Notes under the pieces: generated by a model
Told to the model about the DNA's origin: nothing
Database searches by the model: none
The model's input: the letters and a program-made list of their open reading frames with translations, nothing else
Program-made: the position numbers and the translations under genes
IMG/VR virus record: IMGVR_UViG_3300045243_000021
Coordinates: 1 to 64,000 of that record
From: a virus
Length of the DNA: 64,000 nt
Strand: one strand, 5' to 3'
Shown: piece after piece, positions 44,800 to 55,116 of the stretch
How positions within the stretch are numbered: position 1 is the first letter of the stretch
How the letters are laid out: each line of letters starts with the position of its first letter

Positions 44800-46876
44800 C
44801 GCAACGGTGCTGGAGCAGATGGTGGTCAATCTGCTTGGCAACTCCGCGCCCTACGAGCAGATGCTCGAAAAGGCCGTGGCGATTACCAAGAGCCATACCG
44901 TCTCATTGGGCAATGAGGCGAACAAGCTGGCGGCCGAAGGCCAGCGCATCACGGAAGCGATGCGCACGCCATTCGAGGCGTACAACCGCCAGATTAGCAA
45001 GCTTGACGATCTGCTCCGCTCTGGGGCCATCTCGCAACAGACCTACGGCCGGGCTGCACAACAGGCCAGCGACCAGCTTGGCAAACTAACGATGTCGGCG
45101 CAACAGAGTTCCGACGCACTCGGGAACGTCGCATCATCTTTGCTGGGTTCGCTTGCGCCGCTGGCGGCGGCTGGCTTTGCCATCCAGAAGACCAGGCAAT
45201 TCCTGGACGAAAGCTTCGTCGCGTACGGCAACTTCCAAAAGGCCAATATCGTCCTTGACGCCACCCTGACAGCCAACAACCGCAACGTGGCCATGGCTAG
45301 CGCATCCTATGCACAGTGGGCCGATGCCGTCCAGCATTCCACCACCGTGGGGCGATTGCAAGCTATCACGCTCGTGACACAGAGTGAGCAGTTTGGTTTA
45401 ACTGGTGATCAGGCCAAGAAGGCGGCAGAGGACGCCATATCTCTGGGAGCGGCGACGGGACGCTCCGCCGATTCCATGATCCGGCTCACGCAGGCCATGG
45501 CCGAAGGCGACGTAACCGCTGCTCGCATGTTTCAGCGCATGGTCCCATCGTTACGGTCGGCCAAGACGGAATCGGAATTCCTGGCTCGCTACAGTCAACT
45601 CGTGGCGGCAGGTCAGCAAGCCATGGGCCGGGAAACCGAAACGGCAGCCGGTAAGGCTAAACAGGCGAGCAATGCCTGGGATCAGCTGGAACAGAATGTC
45701 GGCAAATCCCTGGGCGGTCGAGTTTACCAGGAATCGAAACTAGGCATCTTTGAAGCCATCAATTCACTCCTCGAAGGCAAGCTGGCGCACGGCACCGGGC
45801 CAATGAAGGGCGGCAGCGACCATCCACGCGGCGTTGCCGAAGTCGAGTTGGGACCAACGCAGACTGCTCTTGCCGCTGCCGAGAAGTTGAACGAGGAACT
45901 GGACAAGCAAATCACGTTGCTGACCCGCGGCGCTCATGCTGCCGAGATGGACGCCTTGGCCAAAGGACGTTTGACCGAAGAGCAGTTATCGGAGATTCGC
46001 GCCAAGCAGGCCCAGCTGGATTTGCTCAAAGCGGAAGAGGAAGAGGAAAAGAAAGCCGCCGAAGCCTACGCACAATCCGAAGCCAAGATCAAGCACCTGA
46101 CTGAAGCTCTTGAGGAAGAGGCCGCCACGCTGGGCTTGACGGCTGACCAAATCAAGATGCATCAGCTCCAAATGGAAGCGGCGACGCAGGCTGAGTTGGA
46201 TCATGCCGAAGCACTGTCACGCGAAAAGGAAGAGTTCGATGCCAACGCCAAGTTAATGGTCCGGGTCGCTGCTTTGCGCAAAGAGATCATGACGGACGAA
46301 GAGAAACGGGACGCCGCCGTCGCTAACGCCGCCGACCTCTGGAAGCGTGGGGTCATTGGCATTGACGAGTACAACCGGGCCGTCGAGTTGGCCAACGAGA
46401 AGCTCAACAAGCATCACGACGTTGTAAAGCGCGTTTCCGACGTTCACCGCCAACTTCACCAGGAACTCGTCGGCAGTGCGGCTGCTAGCACGGCAATCTC
46501 GGACTACTTGCTGTCCATCGGCTCACCCGACGGCGGCAAACGCAAGAAGCCTGCCCCACGCAACGAACTGGCCGACCGCTTTGCCGAGATTCAAGTAGGA
46601 GCCGACCGTCAGAAGGAATTCAACCTGGACATGGCCGCCGTGAAGTTGTGGGACGCCACCCGCAAGGGCCTCGACTTCAACCCCATCGATGCCCGCATCA
46701 ATGCCGCCGCGAACGAAGGCAAGGTTGACCCGCGGCTATTGCTGCCGGGCAACAACGGCGGGCCTGGGGCTATCGAATTGCCGGCAACGAATGAACTGCT
46801 CAAGGGCATCTTGGAACAACTGCAACAGCAGCAAGCTAATGCCATCGTCATCGAAGGAGCGGGGTTGAACGCCTAA
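44777..46876 (+). CDS. tape measure protein
   Basis: Long Ala/Glu/Gln helical protein after the chaperones; RTP.E.Y......L..L...GAI..QTY.RA. Confidence 0.85.
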   Translation: MPVQGPVNATVLEQMVVNLLGNSAPYEQMLEKAVAITKSHTVSLGNEANKLAAEGQRITEAMRTPFEAYNRQISKLDDLLRSGAISQQTYGRAAQQASDQLGKLTMSAQQSSDALGNVASSLLGSLAPLAAAGFAIQKTRQFLDESFVAYGNFQKANIVLDATLTANNRNVAMASASYAQWADAVQHSTTVGRLQAITLVTQSEQFGLTGDQAKKAAEDAISLGAATGRSADSMIRLTQAMAEGDVTAARMFQRMVPSLRSAKTESEFLARYSQLVAAGQQAMGRETETAAGKAKQASNAWDQLEQNVGKSLGGRVYQESKLGIFEAINSLLEGKLAHGTGPMKGGSDHPRGVAEVELGPTQTALAAAEKLNEELDKQITLLTRGAHAAEMDALAKGRLTEEQLSEIRAKQAQLDLLKAEEEEEKKAAEAYAQSEAKIKHLTEALEEEAATLGLTADQIKMHQLQMEAATQAELDHAEALSREKEEFDANAKLMVRVAALRKEIMTDEEKRDAAVANAADLWKRGVIGIDEYNRAVELANEKLNKHHDVVKRVSDVHRQLHQELVGSAAASTAISDYLLSIGSPDGGKRKKPAPRNELADRFAEIQVGADRQKEFNLDMAAVKLWDATRKGLDFNPIDARINAAANEGKVDPRLLLPGNNGGPGAIELPATNELLKGILEQLQQQQANAIVIEGAGLNA

Positions 46877-47874
46877 TGGCACGCACAGAGTTATTCCTGG
46901 GTGACGGACGCCGCTCGTGGTCGCTGTCGCGCGACGATACGGGCTACCGCACCTACAAAATCAAGTTCCTCGTGCATTCCAAGATCGACGGCGTGTTCCC
47001 CGGCCCGGCGGAAGTCTCGAATACGCCCGGCCTACCGGTCATCGGCTCAACGTGGCTCTACGGCGGCGACATCGACGTATGGGTATGGTGCCATGCCAAG
47101 GCTGACGTCAAGCCGTTGTGGAACGACGAGCCATGCGATTGGTGGGAATGCGAATACGAGTTCTCCAACAAGCCAGTATCGAATGACCGCTGCCAGGACA
47201 ACCCGATTCAGGACCCGTTGTTGGAACCGCAGCACGTCAGCGGTAGCTTCGTCAAATACGTCAAGGAAGCCGCCTACGACCGCTTCGGCACGCCGTTAAC
47301 GACGTCGGCACGGGAACAGCTCAGAGGCCCCCAGGTCGAGTTCGACTACAACCGCCCGCAGATTGTGATTGAGCAGAATGTCGGCGTACTCAATCTGCCG
47401 CTGTGTGCGTCGATGGTGGACACGGTGAATGCGTCGGCCATTTGGGGCGTGTCGCCGCGGTGTGTGAAGCTATCCGACTTCACCTGGGAACGGAAGGTGT
47501 ACGGGTCGTGCTACTACTACTACACCCGCCGCTTCACGTTTGACATCGACTTCAACACGTTCGACCGGGACTTGCTGGACCAGGGAACGATTTGCCTGCG
47601 GGGTGCGTGGGCAACTCGGGCAGACGATCCATTATTTGGTGATTGGGTGCTTGATTCACAAGTACCAAAGCGGGTAGGCAGCACCACCAAACCGAGCGCC
47701 CTAATTCGGTTCACCGATTGGCATGGCAATCCATCGTCTGTGATTTTGAACGGCCACGGCTTGCCGTGGAACCCCGATCCGGCCGGTACAGGTGACGATA
47801 CAGCAGGCAGCATCCACGTGGAGCATTACGACGAAAGTGACTTTACGCTTTTGTCGATCCCGTTGGTATTTTAG
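46876..47874 (+). CDS. distal tail/baseplate hub-like protein
   Basis: TAATG coupling after TMP. Confidence 0.55.
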   Translation: MARTELFLGDGRRSWSLSRDDTGYRTYKIKFLVHSKIDGVFPGPAEVSNTPGLPVIGSTWLYGGDIDVWVWCHAKADVKPLWNDEPCDWWECEYEFSNKPVSNDRCQDNPIQDPLLEPQHVSGSFVKYVKEAAYDRFGTPLTTSAREQLRGPQVEFDYNRPQIVIEQNVGVLNLPLCASMVDTVNASAIWGVSPRCVKLSDFTWERKVYGSCYYYYTRRFTFDIDFNTFDRDLLDQGTICLRGAWATRADDPLFGDWVLDSQVPKRVGSTTKPSALIRFTDWHGNPSSVILNGHGLPWNPDPAGTGDDTAGSIHVEHYDESDFTLLSIPLVF

Positions 47875-47886
47875 TTTGGAGCAACC

Positions 47887-48342
47887 ATGGCCAATGAGAT
47901 TGCGGTGAGTGCAAGGCTTACCATTGCCAGTGGGACGCTGAATTACAATAGCGCACCAACCACCTATCAGGCCGATATGGCTGGCCTCAAAGGGCCGGCC
48001 CCTGGTGCCATCAGTGTGCCGCTTGGGTTTGGTGTGGACGTGGACTTTAGCCAGTTCACCAACTACGGCCTCGCTCCCGGCTGGGGCACGGCCCAGAACC
48101 TTTCGACCGATACCGGCAACAACTACGTGGACATCGGCATCTATGAGCCAGCCACCGGCATCTTCTATCCGTTGTTGGAACTACTGCCCGGCCAGATTCT
48201 TCCACTTCAGCTGAGCCGTAACTTGTTTGAAGAGTTCATCGGCACGATTACCGGAACAGGCACAACGGCCACGAACAATACGCTCCGCGTGCGTGCCCAC
48301 GGGTCGAGCTGTGACGTGGTGTTCAACTTCTTTGCCAAGTAA
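47887..48342 (+). CDS. tail-tip structural protein
   Basis: MANEI.V start, beta-rich. Confidence 0.55.
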   Translation: MANEIAVSARLTIASGTLNYNSAPTTYQADMAGLKGPAPGAISVPLGFGVDVDFSQFTNYGLAPGWGTAQNLSTDTGNNYVDIGIYEPATGIFYPLLELLPGQILPLQLSRNLFEEFIGTITGTGTTATNNTLRVRAHGSSCDVVFNFFAK

Positions 48343-48345
48343 TTC

Positions 48346-48936
48346 ATGGAGGAGCAACCCATGACGCAAGGTGAGATTCTCAAGCTCAAGACGCAGACCC
48401 GCGAGAGACTCGCACGCCTTGATGGGCCTTTGCCATCCATGCAACTAGCGCCGGTCCCCATCCCTAAGGGGCGGCTTACCCTCGTCGAGCAAATCTGCCA
48501 CCGTGCCCCGAATGCCGAGCCCGCTTCCGCTGACAATCACTGGGGCATAGAGATGAGTACGGATGCCCAGCCCTACCAGCGCCGGCTGACGATAGGGCCG
48601 GAGTGGACATCGCTCGATTGCGGCTGGGCGGACGAATGGCGGGTGCCTGGCGGCATTCTGTCCCTCTGCAACCATTACCCCGTCTGGCAAGTTCTCCCCA
48701 CGGACGAAGAGAAAGCCCGCGCCGATGCCCGGATCGTGTGGGTGTGCTTCCTGCCTCCGCAGACCGAAGAAGGCCAACGGACGCAGTTCAGTCCAGTCCA
48801 AATAGCCCCATGGGAAGCTCATGCTTTGCGGCCTGGCGAATCGTTACGCATTCCGGTGATGGACCTGGGGCGCGTGCGGGTGAAGTGCGCGACGGACCAG
48901 ACGAAAGCCACGGTGACGATCTTCCCACGAGGTTAG
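48346..48936 (+). CDS. hypothetical tail-associated protein
   Basis: Co-oriented ORF in the tail module. Confidence 0.5.
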   Translation: MEEQPMTQGEILKLKTQTRERLARLDGPLPSMQLAPVPIPKGRLTLVEQICHRAPNAEPASADNHWGIEMSTDAQPYQRRLTIGPEWTSLDCGWADEWRVPGGILSLCNHYPVWQVLPTDEEKARADARIVWVCFLPPQTEEGQRTQFSPVQIAPWEAHALRPGESLRIPVMDLGRVRVKCATDQTKATVTIFPRG

Positions 48937-48937
48937 C

Positions 48938-49837
48938 GTGGCCGACAAGATTTACGCACTATCCGAGAAGGACCACCAGATACTACAGGAGTTCCTGCGG
49001 TATCAGCGGAAGCTGCGCGTCAATCCGTTGCATTACCCGACCGTCAAGGATGACATGCAAACTCCGGACATATACGTGGCCCAAGCTCCTAGTGGTGGGT
49101 TGGCGCAAATTAAGCCAGAAGAGGAAAGCGGTTTTACTGGTACGGGGTTTGAGGCTGGTGCAGCTGATTGCCAAATCTATCGCGTGGTGCTCGACGACAA
49201 CAGCAATCCGCATCTAGAAGCTGTCTCAGCCTTGATCCGTACCGTCTACAACGTAAGTGGCCGTGACATCCTGGAGCACGCCTACTTTCCCGTAGTACGC
49301 GACAAATGGGGGTCGTGGCTGGCGGCCGCTACTGGACCGAGCGACGTACTTATCGTTCGTGCACCATTTACCGGCATCCCTGCACTTACAGAGCAACCAG
49401 GAACGGAATTCTCAGAGGATCAATCGAACAATGCCGTTTGCAATGTCTACCACATGGCAGACGATGGCCGTATACGTCCAAGCAATTACAGTATCACCGT
49501 TTGGAACGTCAACCAGACGCCTATATTTGGTAATCAGTGGCTCGTAGTCGTTCGCTCACGTGACGAACATTGGCTGGCTATCAATCCGCGTATCATCGTC
49601 AAAGGGGTCATGACGTCGCTCTTGCAAGCTGGCGGACTAGGAACAATGGATGTATACGACTGGGATCAGCAGCACACAGGAACCGGAACGAGCGACACGG
49701 AAGAAAGCCCGACTGGCGGCACGCTTACCGTGTACGATTGGCTCTTACGTAGCGGACAAACGATAACGAGCGGCACGCGCGTGATTGTGGCATGGATTGG
49801 CGGGCGATGGTACGTCATTGCGGCCCAGTGTCCATAG
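48938..49837 (+). CDS. tail-tip protein with three repeated beta domains
   Basis: Repeated C.IY/VYN......R...G.W units; ends W.GGRWYV.AAQCP. Confidence 0.55.
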   Translation: MADKIYALSEKDHQILQEFLRYQRKLRVNPLHYPTVKDDMQTPDIYVAQAPSGGLAQIKPEEESGFTGTGFEAGAADCQIYRVVLDDNSNPHLEAVSALIRTVYNVSGRDILEHAYFPVVRDKWGSWLAAATGPSDVLIVRAPFTGIPALTEQPGTEFSEDQSNNAVCNVYHMADDGRIRPSNYSITVWNVNQTPIFGNQWLVVVRSRDEHWLAINPRIIVKGVMTSLLQAGGLGTMDVYDWDQQHTGTGTSDTEESPTGGTLTVYDWLLRSGQTITSGTRVIVAWIGGRWYVIAAQCP

Positions 49838-49844
49838 GAGTTGC

Positions 49845-50432
49845 ATGCGCTTCGCGCCAGGATGTACTTGTTGTGGTCCCACGGGCACCGGAACATTCGG
49901 GACCGGTACAGTTGTCACTGACAAATGCTGCCCAAACAGCCTGGTATACACCAACCAGTATCAAGTCATCGTGCCCATCCTGAGCCCATGGAACCAGCCA
50001 TGCAATAACCCGCCTATATTTCCTGCGGTGTGCTATGGCGACGGCACGTGGGTGATGACCAATATCGGTCCTGATGCTGGTGGCAACTTTAGATGTATAT
50101 GGACTGCGGATGACCGCCTGCTTGGGATCGCGTGCGACGGCAGCACGTTGACTAGTCACGCCATTCTGCAAATAGGCGGGGCTGTGTTTTGGCCGCCGGG
50201 CGTCTGGGACACCACGCCGCTAGGCGTACAACTCAGCATACCGGTCCAAGTGGCCAACAACAGCGTACCCCAGTTCCTGCGCTACGTGGTCCCATGCGCC
50301 CAGGTCAGCACCGGGACCGGTACGCTAACGGCGCAGTTCAACCCGCTGGGGTCATCCATTCTATACTTAGACAATCACATAGCTGTTAATTGCACTGGAG
50401 CGCCGCTGACTCTACAACTGGATGCAATATGA
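49845..50432 (+). CDS. Cys-rich tail-tip protein
   Basis: AGGAG RBS; MRFAPGCTCCG start. Confidence 0.55.
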   Translation: MRFAPGCTCCGPTGTGTFGTGTVVTDKCCPNSLVYTNQYQVIVPILSPWNQPCNNPPIFPAVCYGDGTWVMTNIGPDAGGNFRCIWTADDRLLGIACDGSTLTSHAILQIGGAVFWPPGVWDTTPLGVQLSIPVQVANNSVPQFLRYVVPCAQVSTGTGTLTAQFNPLGSSILYLDNHIAVNCTGAPLTLQLDAI

Positions 50433-51565
50433 ACATGGAGCTACCAGCATGCCAGCATCGGGAGGTAATTAATGACCAAGAGTGTATCTGTCATTCTGAA
50501 CGATTGGTATTCCCCAGTGGACGGCACATTCAGAATGACCTTTGCCGTTACACGTGTCCGGAACGCTATCGGATCACGCCGAATGTCGGACCCGAACGCT
50601 TGCAACAGCAAGCCCGCGAAATCATGCGGCTTGTACCTTGTCGGCATCTCGGCACGCACGTGCGCAACGAAGTCTGCCCTACGTGCAATGGGCACGTCGA
50701 AATCAAGGTGTTTGGGTGCCCCATCAAAGGCGAATGCACACGGGCCAGATCGGTGTCAGGCGTTTCAACGCAGTGCGTTCGATGCGAAGCGTACGAGCCA
50801 CGTTTGCAGCCAGTAACGCGACCTATCACGGAGGCTAGAGGCATGAAGTGGCAGGCCGGGATTACGACCGTCCCGTCTCGCAAGAAAGACCTGTTGCCGC
50901 GCACCATCGCTTCCTTGAAGGCCGGCGGGTTCACGAACATGCGGCTATTTGTGGACGGCGACAACACGCCCCACGAATGGGAAGACGAGTACGGCTTACC
51001 GACGACGTGCCGTGATCCGGCTCTCAGGACCGCTGGCAACTGGGTAATGAGCCTATATGAACTATGGGTCAGGGACACCGGGGCCGACCTCTACGCCATC
51101 TTCCAGGACGATTGCGTCTGCTCGCTGAACTTGAAACCCTACCTCGATGCGCTGGCCCATAAACGCTATCCGGGGAACGGACTCTACAAGGAATACTGGA
51201 ATCTTTACACCTTCCCGCAGAATCAGAATCTTGCACCGAAAAGTGCCGCGGGTGGAACAGAATACGGTTTTTTCCGGGCCAACCAGCTAGGTAAGGGAGC
51301 CGTAGGGCTCGTGCTGCCCACGGATGCGGTGTTGGATCTGCTCGGGGACCGGTCTTTTGTGGAACGTCACCGCGATCCGGCACGAGGACACAAGAGTATC
51401 GACGGCGGGATTGTGACGTGCCTTAAAAAGCATGGCTGGACGGAGTTGTGCCATCATCCGTCGCTGTTGCAGCACACGGGAGAGCAGAGTTCTATGGGCA
51501 ATGCCAAGCATCGGTTGGCGGAAAACTTCAAAGGTGAGGACTTCGATTTACTAACCTTGCTGTAG
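50429..51565 (+). CDS. Cys-rich domain fused to a GT-A-like glycosyltransferase
   Basis: N-terminal Cys cluster; GITTVP.R...L..TI.SL..GGF, IFQDD, PSLLQHTG..SS. Confidence 0.65.
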   Translation: MNMELPACQHREVINDQECICHSERLVFPSGRHIQNDLCRYTCPERYRITPNVGPERLQQQAREIMRLVPCRHLGTHVRNEVCPTCNGHVEIKVFGCPIKGECTRARSVSGVSTQCVRCEAYEPRLQPVTRPITEARGMKWQAGITTVPSRKKDLLPRTIASLKAGGFTNMRLFVDGDNTPHEWEDEYGLPTTCRDPALRTAGNWVMSLYELWVRDTGADLYAIFQDDCVCSLNLKPYLDALAHKRYPGNGLYKEYWNLYTFPQNQNLAPKSAAGGTEYGFFRANQLGKGAVGLVLPTDAVLDLLGDRSFVERHRDPARGHKSIDGGIVTCLKKHGWTELCHHPSLLQHTGEQSSMGNAKHRLAENFKGEDFDLLTLL

Positions 51566-51571
51566 GGCACC

Positions 51572-51787
51572 ATGGGATTCGGTGACGGCATACACGCGGC
51601 ATTGGAGATGGTAGGCGTCACGGAAGAACGGGTGCGGAAGTGGCTGGGCCATGCGTGCCAAGGATGCAAGGAACGGCGGGACCGCCTCAACGCGCTCGGC
51701 TGGTGGGCACGACGGGTACTGACAGGCAAGACAGCGGATGCGGTGAAGCACTTGGATAACCTGATGGAGGAGCAACCAGATGAGTGA
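51572..51787 (+). CDS. small CxxC protein
   Basis: GFGD.I...L..VGV...CQGCKERRDRLN. Confidence 0.6.
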   Translation: MGFGDGIHAALEMVGVTEERVRKWLGHACQGCKERRDRLNALGWWARRVLTGKTADAVKHLDNLMEEQPDE

Positions 51788-54431
51788 AAGCGGGCCAGTT
51801 CTTACGTCAGTTCCAGTCTGCAACGCAACTACGTTACCCAAAGACCAGTGGCTAAAACTGCCTGACGGAAAGCTGGACGGCATGAAAGCTGTACCATGGC
51901 CTAATGTTACCGCTACCGCCTGCCGAGCCTGTGGTCACGTCGGCTTCACGTCGCTTTACTCGCTCGGTGAGCACGCCGTCAACGATTTCCCCACGAAGGA
52001 ACAGCTAGGCAAGGGGCCGCGGTGTCCTATCGACATAGTGCTATGTCCGAACTGCTCGCTCGTGCAACAGCGGCACACGGCACCGCAGGAGTTGCTGTAC
52101 ACGCGGCGTTACTGGTATCGCTCGGGGCAAACACAGACCATGGTTCAGGAGTTGACGGCACTGGCCCACGAAATTCAATCGCGGGTGCCGTTCACCGAAG
52201 ACGACGTGGTGCTTGACATCGGTTGCCTACCAGACGGATTCGTCTATGGCGACGCCTTTGTTCAGCGTGACATCAGGGAAGTTAAGACCGGAGACATGGT
52301 GCTCGGTCGCTCTGGATTCGTGCGCGTCACAAACACGTTCATGCGTGAGTACGATGGTGAATTAGTGGCTGTGCGGCTTTTAGGCGACCCGCGCGTATTG
52401 CGACTGACGCCGCATCATAAGGTGCTTGTGGTGCCGCACGCTACCGGGAGCAATCTAACGGCTGAGCGTGCTGCGTCGTATTATGCGGCGGCAATGCCAC
52501 AATGGAGAGCAGCCGAAGCGTTACGCGAGGGCGACTACTGCCTGATGCCGCCATGCGAAACGAGTGCGCCGTTAATCACCGAGATTTTCATGTCGGCCAC
52601 CGTGCAATGCGAGACAGACGGTGACACGGCATATGCACAACAACGCCACGGTGCAACTGGAGCTATTCAGCGTGCCTCAAATCAGAATCCGGTTCCTGAG
52701 CGGTATCCGTTAACAGAGGCGTTCGGACGATTACTCGGTTATTACATCGCTGAAGGTAGTGGCGACGGAGTAACCTGCGAAGCATTTTCGTTCTCGTTCC
52801 ACACCAAAGAAACGGAATATGTGGCTGACGTTCAGCAGCTTGTAGCGAGCGTGTTCGGCCTAAAAACAACGCTATCCGCTGGCAATGGCCAAACGGCCGT
52901 GGTGAGTGTGTCGTCCGCCTTGGTGAAGCGATTCATGCAAGCATTGGTAGGCAGCGGCGCGGCCAACAAGCGTTTGCCACCTTTTGTGTTTGCCGCCCCC
53001 GTGGAATTCGTGACTGGGTTGCTGACTGGCATGTTTCGTGGAGACGGAAGCTTCACGGCGGGCATGGCCAAATACGACACCGTATCTGAGGTGCTCGCAT
53101 ACCATGTGAAGGCATTGCTTCTGCGTTTCGGCGTCAACAGCTCAGTTATGCCAAACAAGCCGAATGGGTTCGGCAAGGCAAATGGCAAAACGCTATTGTC
53201 GGTGCGCATTTTCGGTAAGGCTGACCTTGGCGTGTTGTCGCGGCTGGTCGGTGAAGTGATACCGTGCCAATCAAACAAATCTCAAGTTAATTGGCCGCAG
53301 TGCCGTGGCATGACGCTCGTCCGAATTGTATCGGCTGTGCGGGAGCAGTATGCTGGACCAGTCTACAACTTGGAGACGACGGACAATAGTTATGTCGCGT
53401 CATCGGCGATAGTTCACAACTCAAATGACGGCACGTTTCTGCGGGCCTTTACTAAGCCGTGCACCAAGGTGGGCGTTGAACCAGCCACGAACCTGCACGA
53501 CGAAGGCGCACGCGGTATCGACATGCTCATCAGGGATTTCTGGGACGTGGACGTTGACAGGCCGCCGTATCTGTTTGGCGATTCGTCGTGCCTTGCTAAG
53601 CGGGCCAAAGTCATTACTGCTTTGGGCATGTTCTACGATCTCGACAACCCCGGCCAGTTCATCGCCGACGTTGCCAAGGTGCTTGCTCCTGATGGCGTCT
53701 TCGTAGCCCAGTTCATGGGCCTCAAGCAGATGATGGCCACCAACGACATCGGCAATCTATGCCACGAGCATATCGAATTTTGGACACTCAAGAGCTTGTC
53801 GCGATTGCTCGATAAGTGCGGCCTCGAAATCTTCGACGTGGCAGAGAACAAGGTAAACGGCGGCTCGTATCGGCTGTGGATACGGCACAAATCTGACGCA
53901 TTTTGTTCCATTAACGACCATGAGTATGACTTCAAAGAGAATCGGCTGGTTAGGCGAGAATCTGCCACATTTCCATCGTTTTCTGTGGAAGCATACGACC
54001 GAGTTACTGCCGCCTTCAAGGCCGAAGCGCATCTAGACTCACCAGAGTACCACCGCGAATGGTTCCGGCGGCTGGAGTTAGACAAGGAACGCATTGTCAG
54101 CTTCATCCGCGATGCCGTGCTAGAACATCGCAAAGCATGGTGCTTCGGTGCCTCGACCAAAGGTAACACAATCCTCCAGTGGCTCGGGCTGAACGCAAAC
54201 ATGATCGAGGCCGCCGTGGACAAGTCGGCGGAGAAGGTGGGCCGGTATACCGTCAACGGCATTCCCATTCGCTCAGAGGAAGAGTTCAGGAAGGCGAACC
54301 CGCATTTTGCGCTCATCTTGCCCTATGCCTTCGTGGATGAGTTCGTGGAACGGGAGAAGGCGTGGCTAAAGCGTGGCGGTAAATTCATCGTGCCGTTGCC
54401 CAAATTCCATGTCATTGAGAACATGCCATGA
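51780..54431 (+). CDS. NDP-sugar C-methyltransferase (TcaB9/NovU-like) interrupted by an intein
   Basis: CRACG and CPNCSLVQ Zn site, Y.YRS, VLDIG|SNDG, CHEH, NGGS.R, FGASTKGNT. Confidence 0.88.
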   Translation: MSESGPVLTSVPVCNATTLPKDQWLKLPDGKLDGMKAVPWPNVTATACRACGHVGFTSLYSLGEHAVNDFPTKEQLGKGPRCPIDIVLCPNCSLVQQRHTAPQELLYTRRYWYRSGQTQTMVQELTALAHEIQSRVPFTEDDVVLDIGCLPDGFVYGDAFVQRDIREVKTGDMVLGRSGFVRVTNTFMREYDGELVAVRLLGDPRVLRLTPHHKVLVVPHATGSNLTAERAASYYAAAMPQWRAAEALREGDYCLMPPCETSAPLITEIFMSATVQCETDGDTAYAQQRHGATGAIQRASNQNPVPERYPLTEAFGRLLGYYIAEGSGDGVTCEAFSFSFHTKETEYVADVQQLVASVFGLKTTLSAGNGQTAVVSVSSALVKRFMQALVGSGAANKRLPPFVFAAPVEFVTGLLTGMFRGDGSFTAGMAKYDTVSEVLAYHVKALLLRFGVNSSVMPNKPNGFGKANGKTLLSVRIFGKADLGVLSRLVGEVIPCQSNKSQVNWPQCRGMTLVRIVSAVREQYAGPVYNLETTDNSYVASSAIVHNSNDGTFLRAFTKPCTKVGVEPATNLHDEGARGIDMLIRDFWDVDVDRPPYLFGDSSCLAKRAKVITALGMFYDLDNPGQFIADVAKVLAPDGVFVAQFMGLKQMMATNDIGNLCHEHIEFWTLKSLSRLLDKCGLEIFDVAENKVNGGSYRLWIRHKSDAFCSINDHEYDFKENRLVRRESATFPSFSVEAYDRVTAAFKAEAHLDSPEYHREWFRRLELDKERIVSFIRDAVLEHRKAWCFGASTKGNTILQWLGLNANMIEAAVDKSAEKVGRYTVNGIPIRSEEEFRKANPHFALILPYAFVDEFVEREKAWLKRGGKFIVPLPKFHVIENMP
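52224..53420 (+). mobile_element. intein with LAGLIDADG endonuclease (399 aa)
   Basis: CLPDG start, TPHH, GYYIAEGS and GMFRGDG, VYNLET...VHN|S end. Confidence 0.9.
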
Positions 54432-54487
54432 GCGAACGGAAACGCTCTCTAATACTCGGCATCGGTGGGCAAGAGGAATCAATCTAA
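54428..54487 (+). pseudogene. orphaned 5' end of the gmd-like gene
   Basis: MSERKRSLILGIGGQ-EESI* matches MSATKRSLILGVGGM of ORF 55113. Confidence 0.7.
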
Positions 54488-55116
54488 TGCCAGCAAAAAT
54501 GTACTTAAAGGACAAAAAGTGCGTCGTCTGCAAGAGGGCGTTCAATCGCACACTACGACCCAATGGCGACCTGGAAGCTCCGACGCATTACGCCGCTCGT
54601 GTGTATTGCTCCATGTCATGTTGTGCGTATTACCGTCGTGTAATATGTCCAGCACCAGCGATCAGACAGATGGATAAATTGACTAGCGAGCAATGGGCAT
54701 ATTTGGCTGGCATATTCGATGGTGAAGGCTCAGTGTATCTGCGACGCGCATACAACCGCTATGGTCCTCGTCGCACGTTTAGCCTATCAGTGACAGTTGT
54801 ATGCGGATGTCATCGCAATGCGATTGCACGCATCAACAGAATGATTGGCACCAAAACTCTCGAAAAGATTAACGGCACAGGCAACAAAAGAACGGCGTGG
54901 CGCATTCGTCTGCACGGCTCTCAAGCTACTCGTTTCTTGGAAGGCGTTCAGCCATTCGTGTTAATGAAAACACGCCAAATTAAAATTGCCATTGCATTCC
55001 AGAAAGCAAAGCCGAGTCGCGGCATGCATCCTTTGTCCGAAACGCATGTTCAATTTGAACAGAAATGTAAGGATGAACTTACGATTCTCAATCAACGCGG
55101 AGTACAGCACGAATGA
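54487..55116 (+). CDS. free-standing LAGLIDADG homing endonuclease with Zn-finger N-terminus
   Basis: CVVC...YCSMSC; WAYLAGIFDGEGSV; FL..V.PF...K..Q. Confidence 0.85.
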   Translation: MPAKMYLKDKKCVVCKRAFNRTLRPNGDLEAPTHYAARVYCSMSCCAYYRRVICPAPAIRQMDKLTSEQWAYLAGIFDGEGSVYLRRAYNRYGPRRTFSLSVTVVCGCHRNAIARINRMIGTKTLEKINGTGNKRTAWRIRLHGSQATRFLEGVQPFVLMKTRQIKIAIAFQKAKPSRGMHPLSETHVQFEQKCKDELTILNQRGVQHE

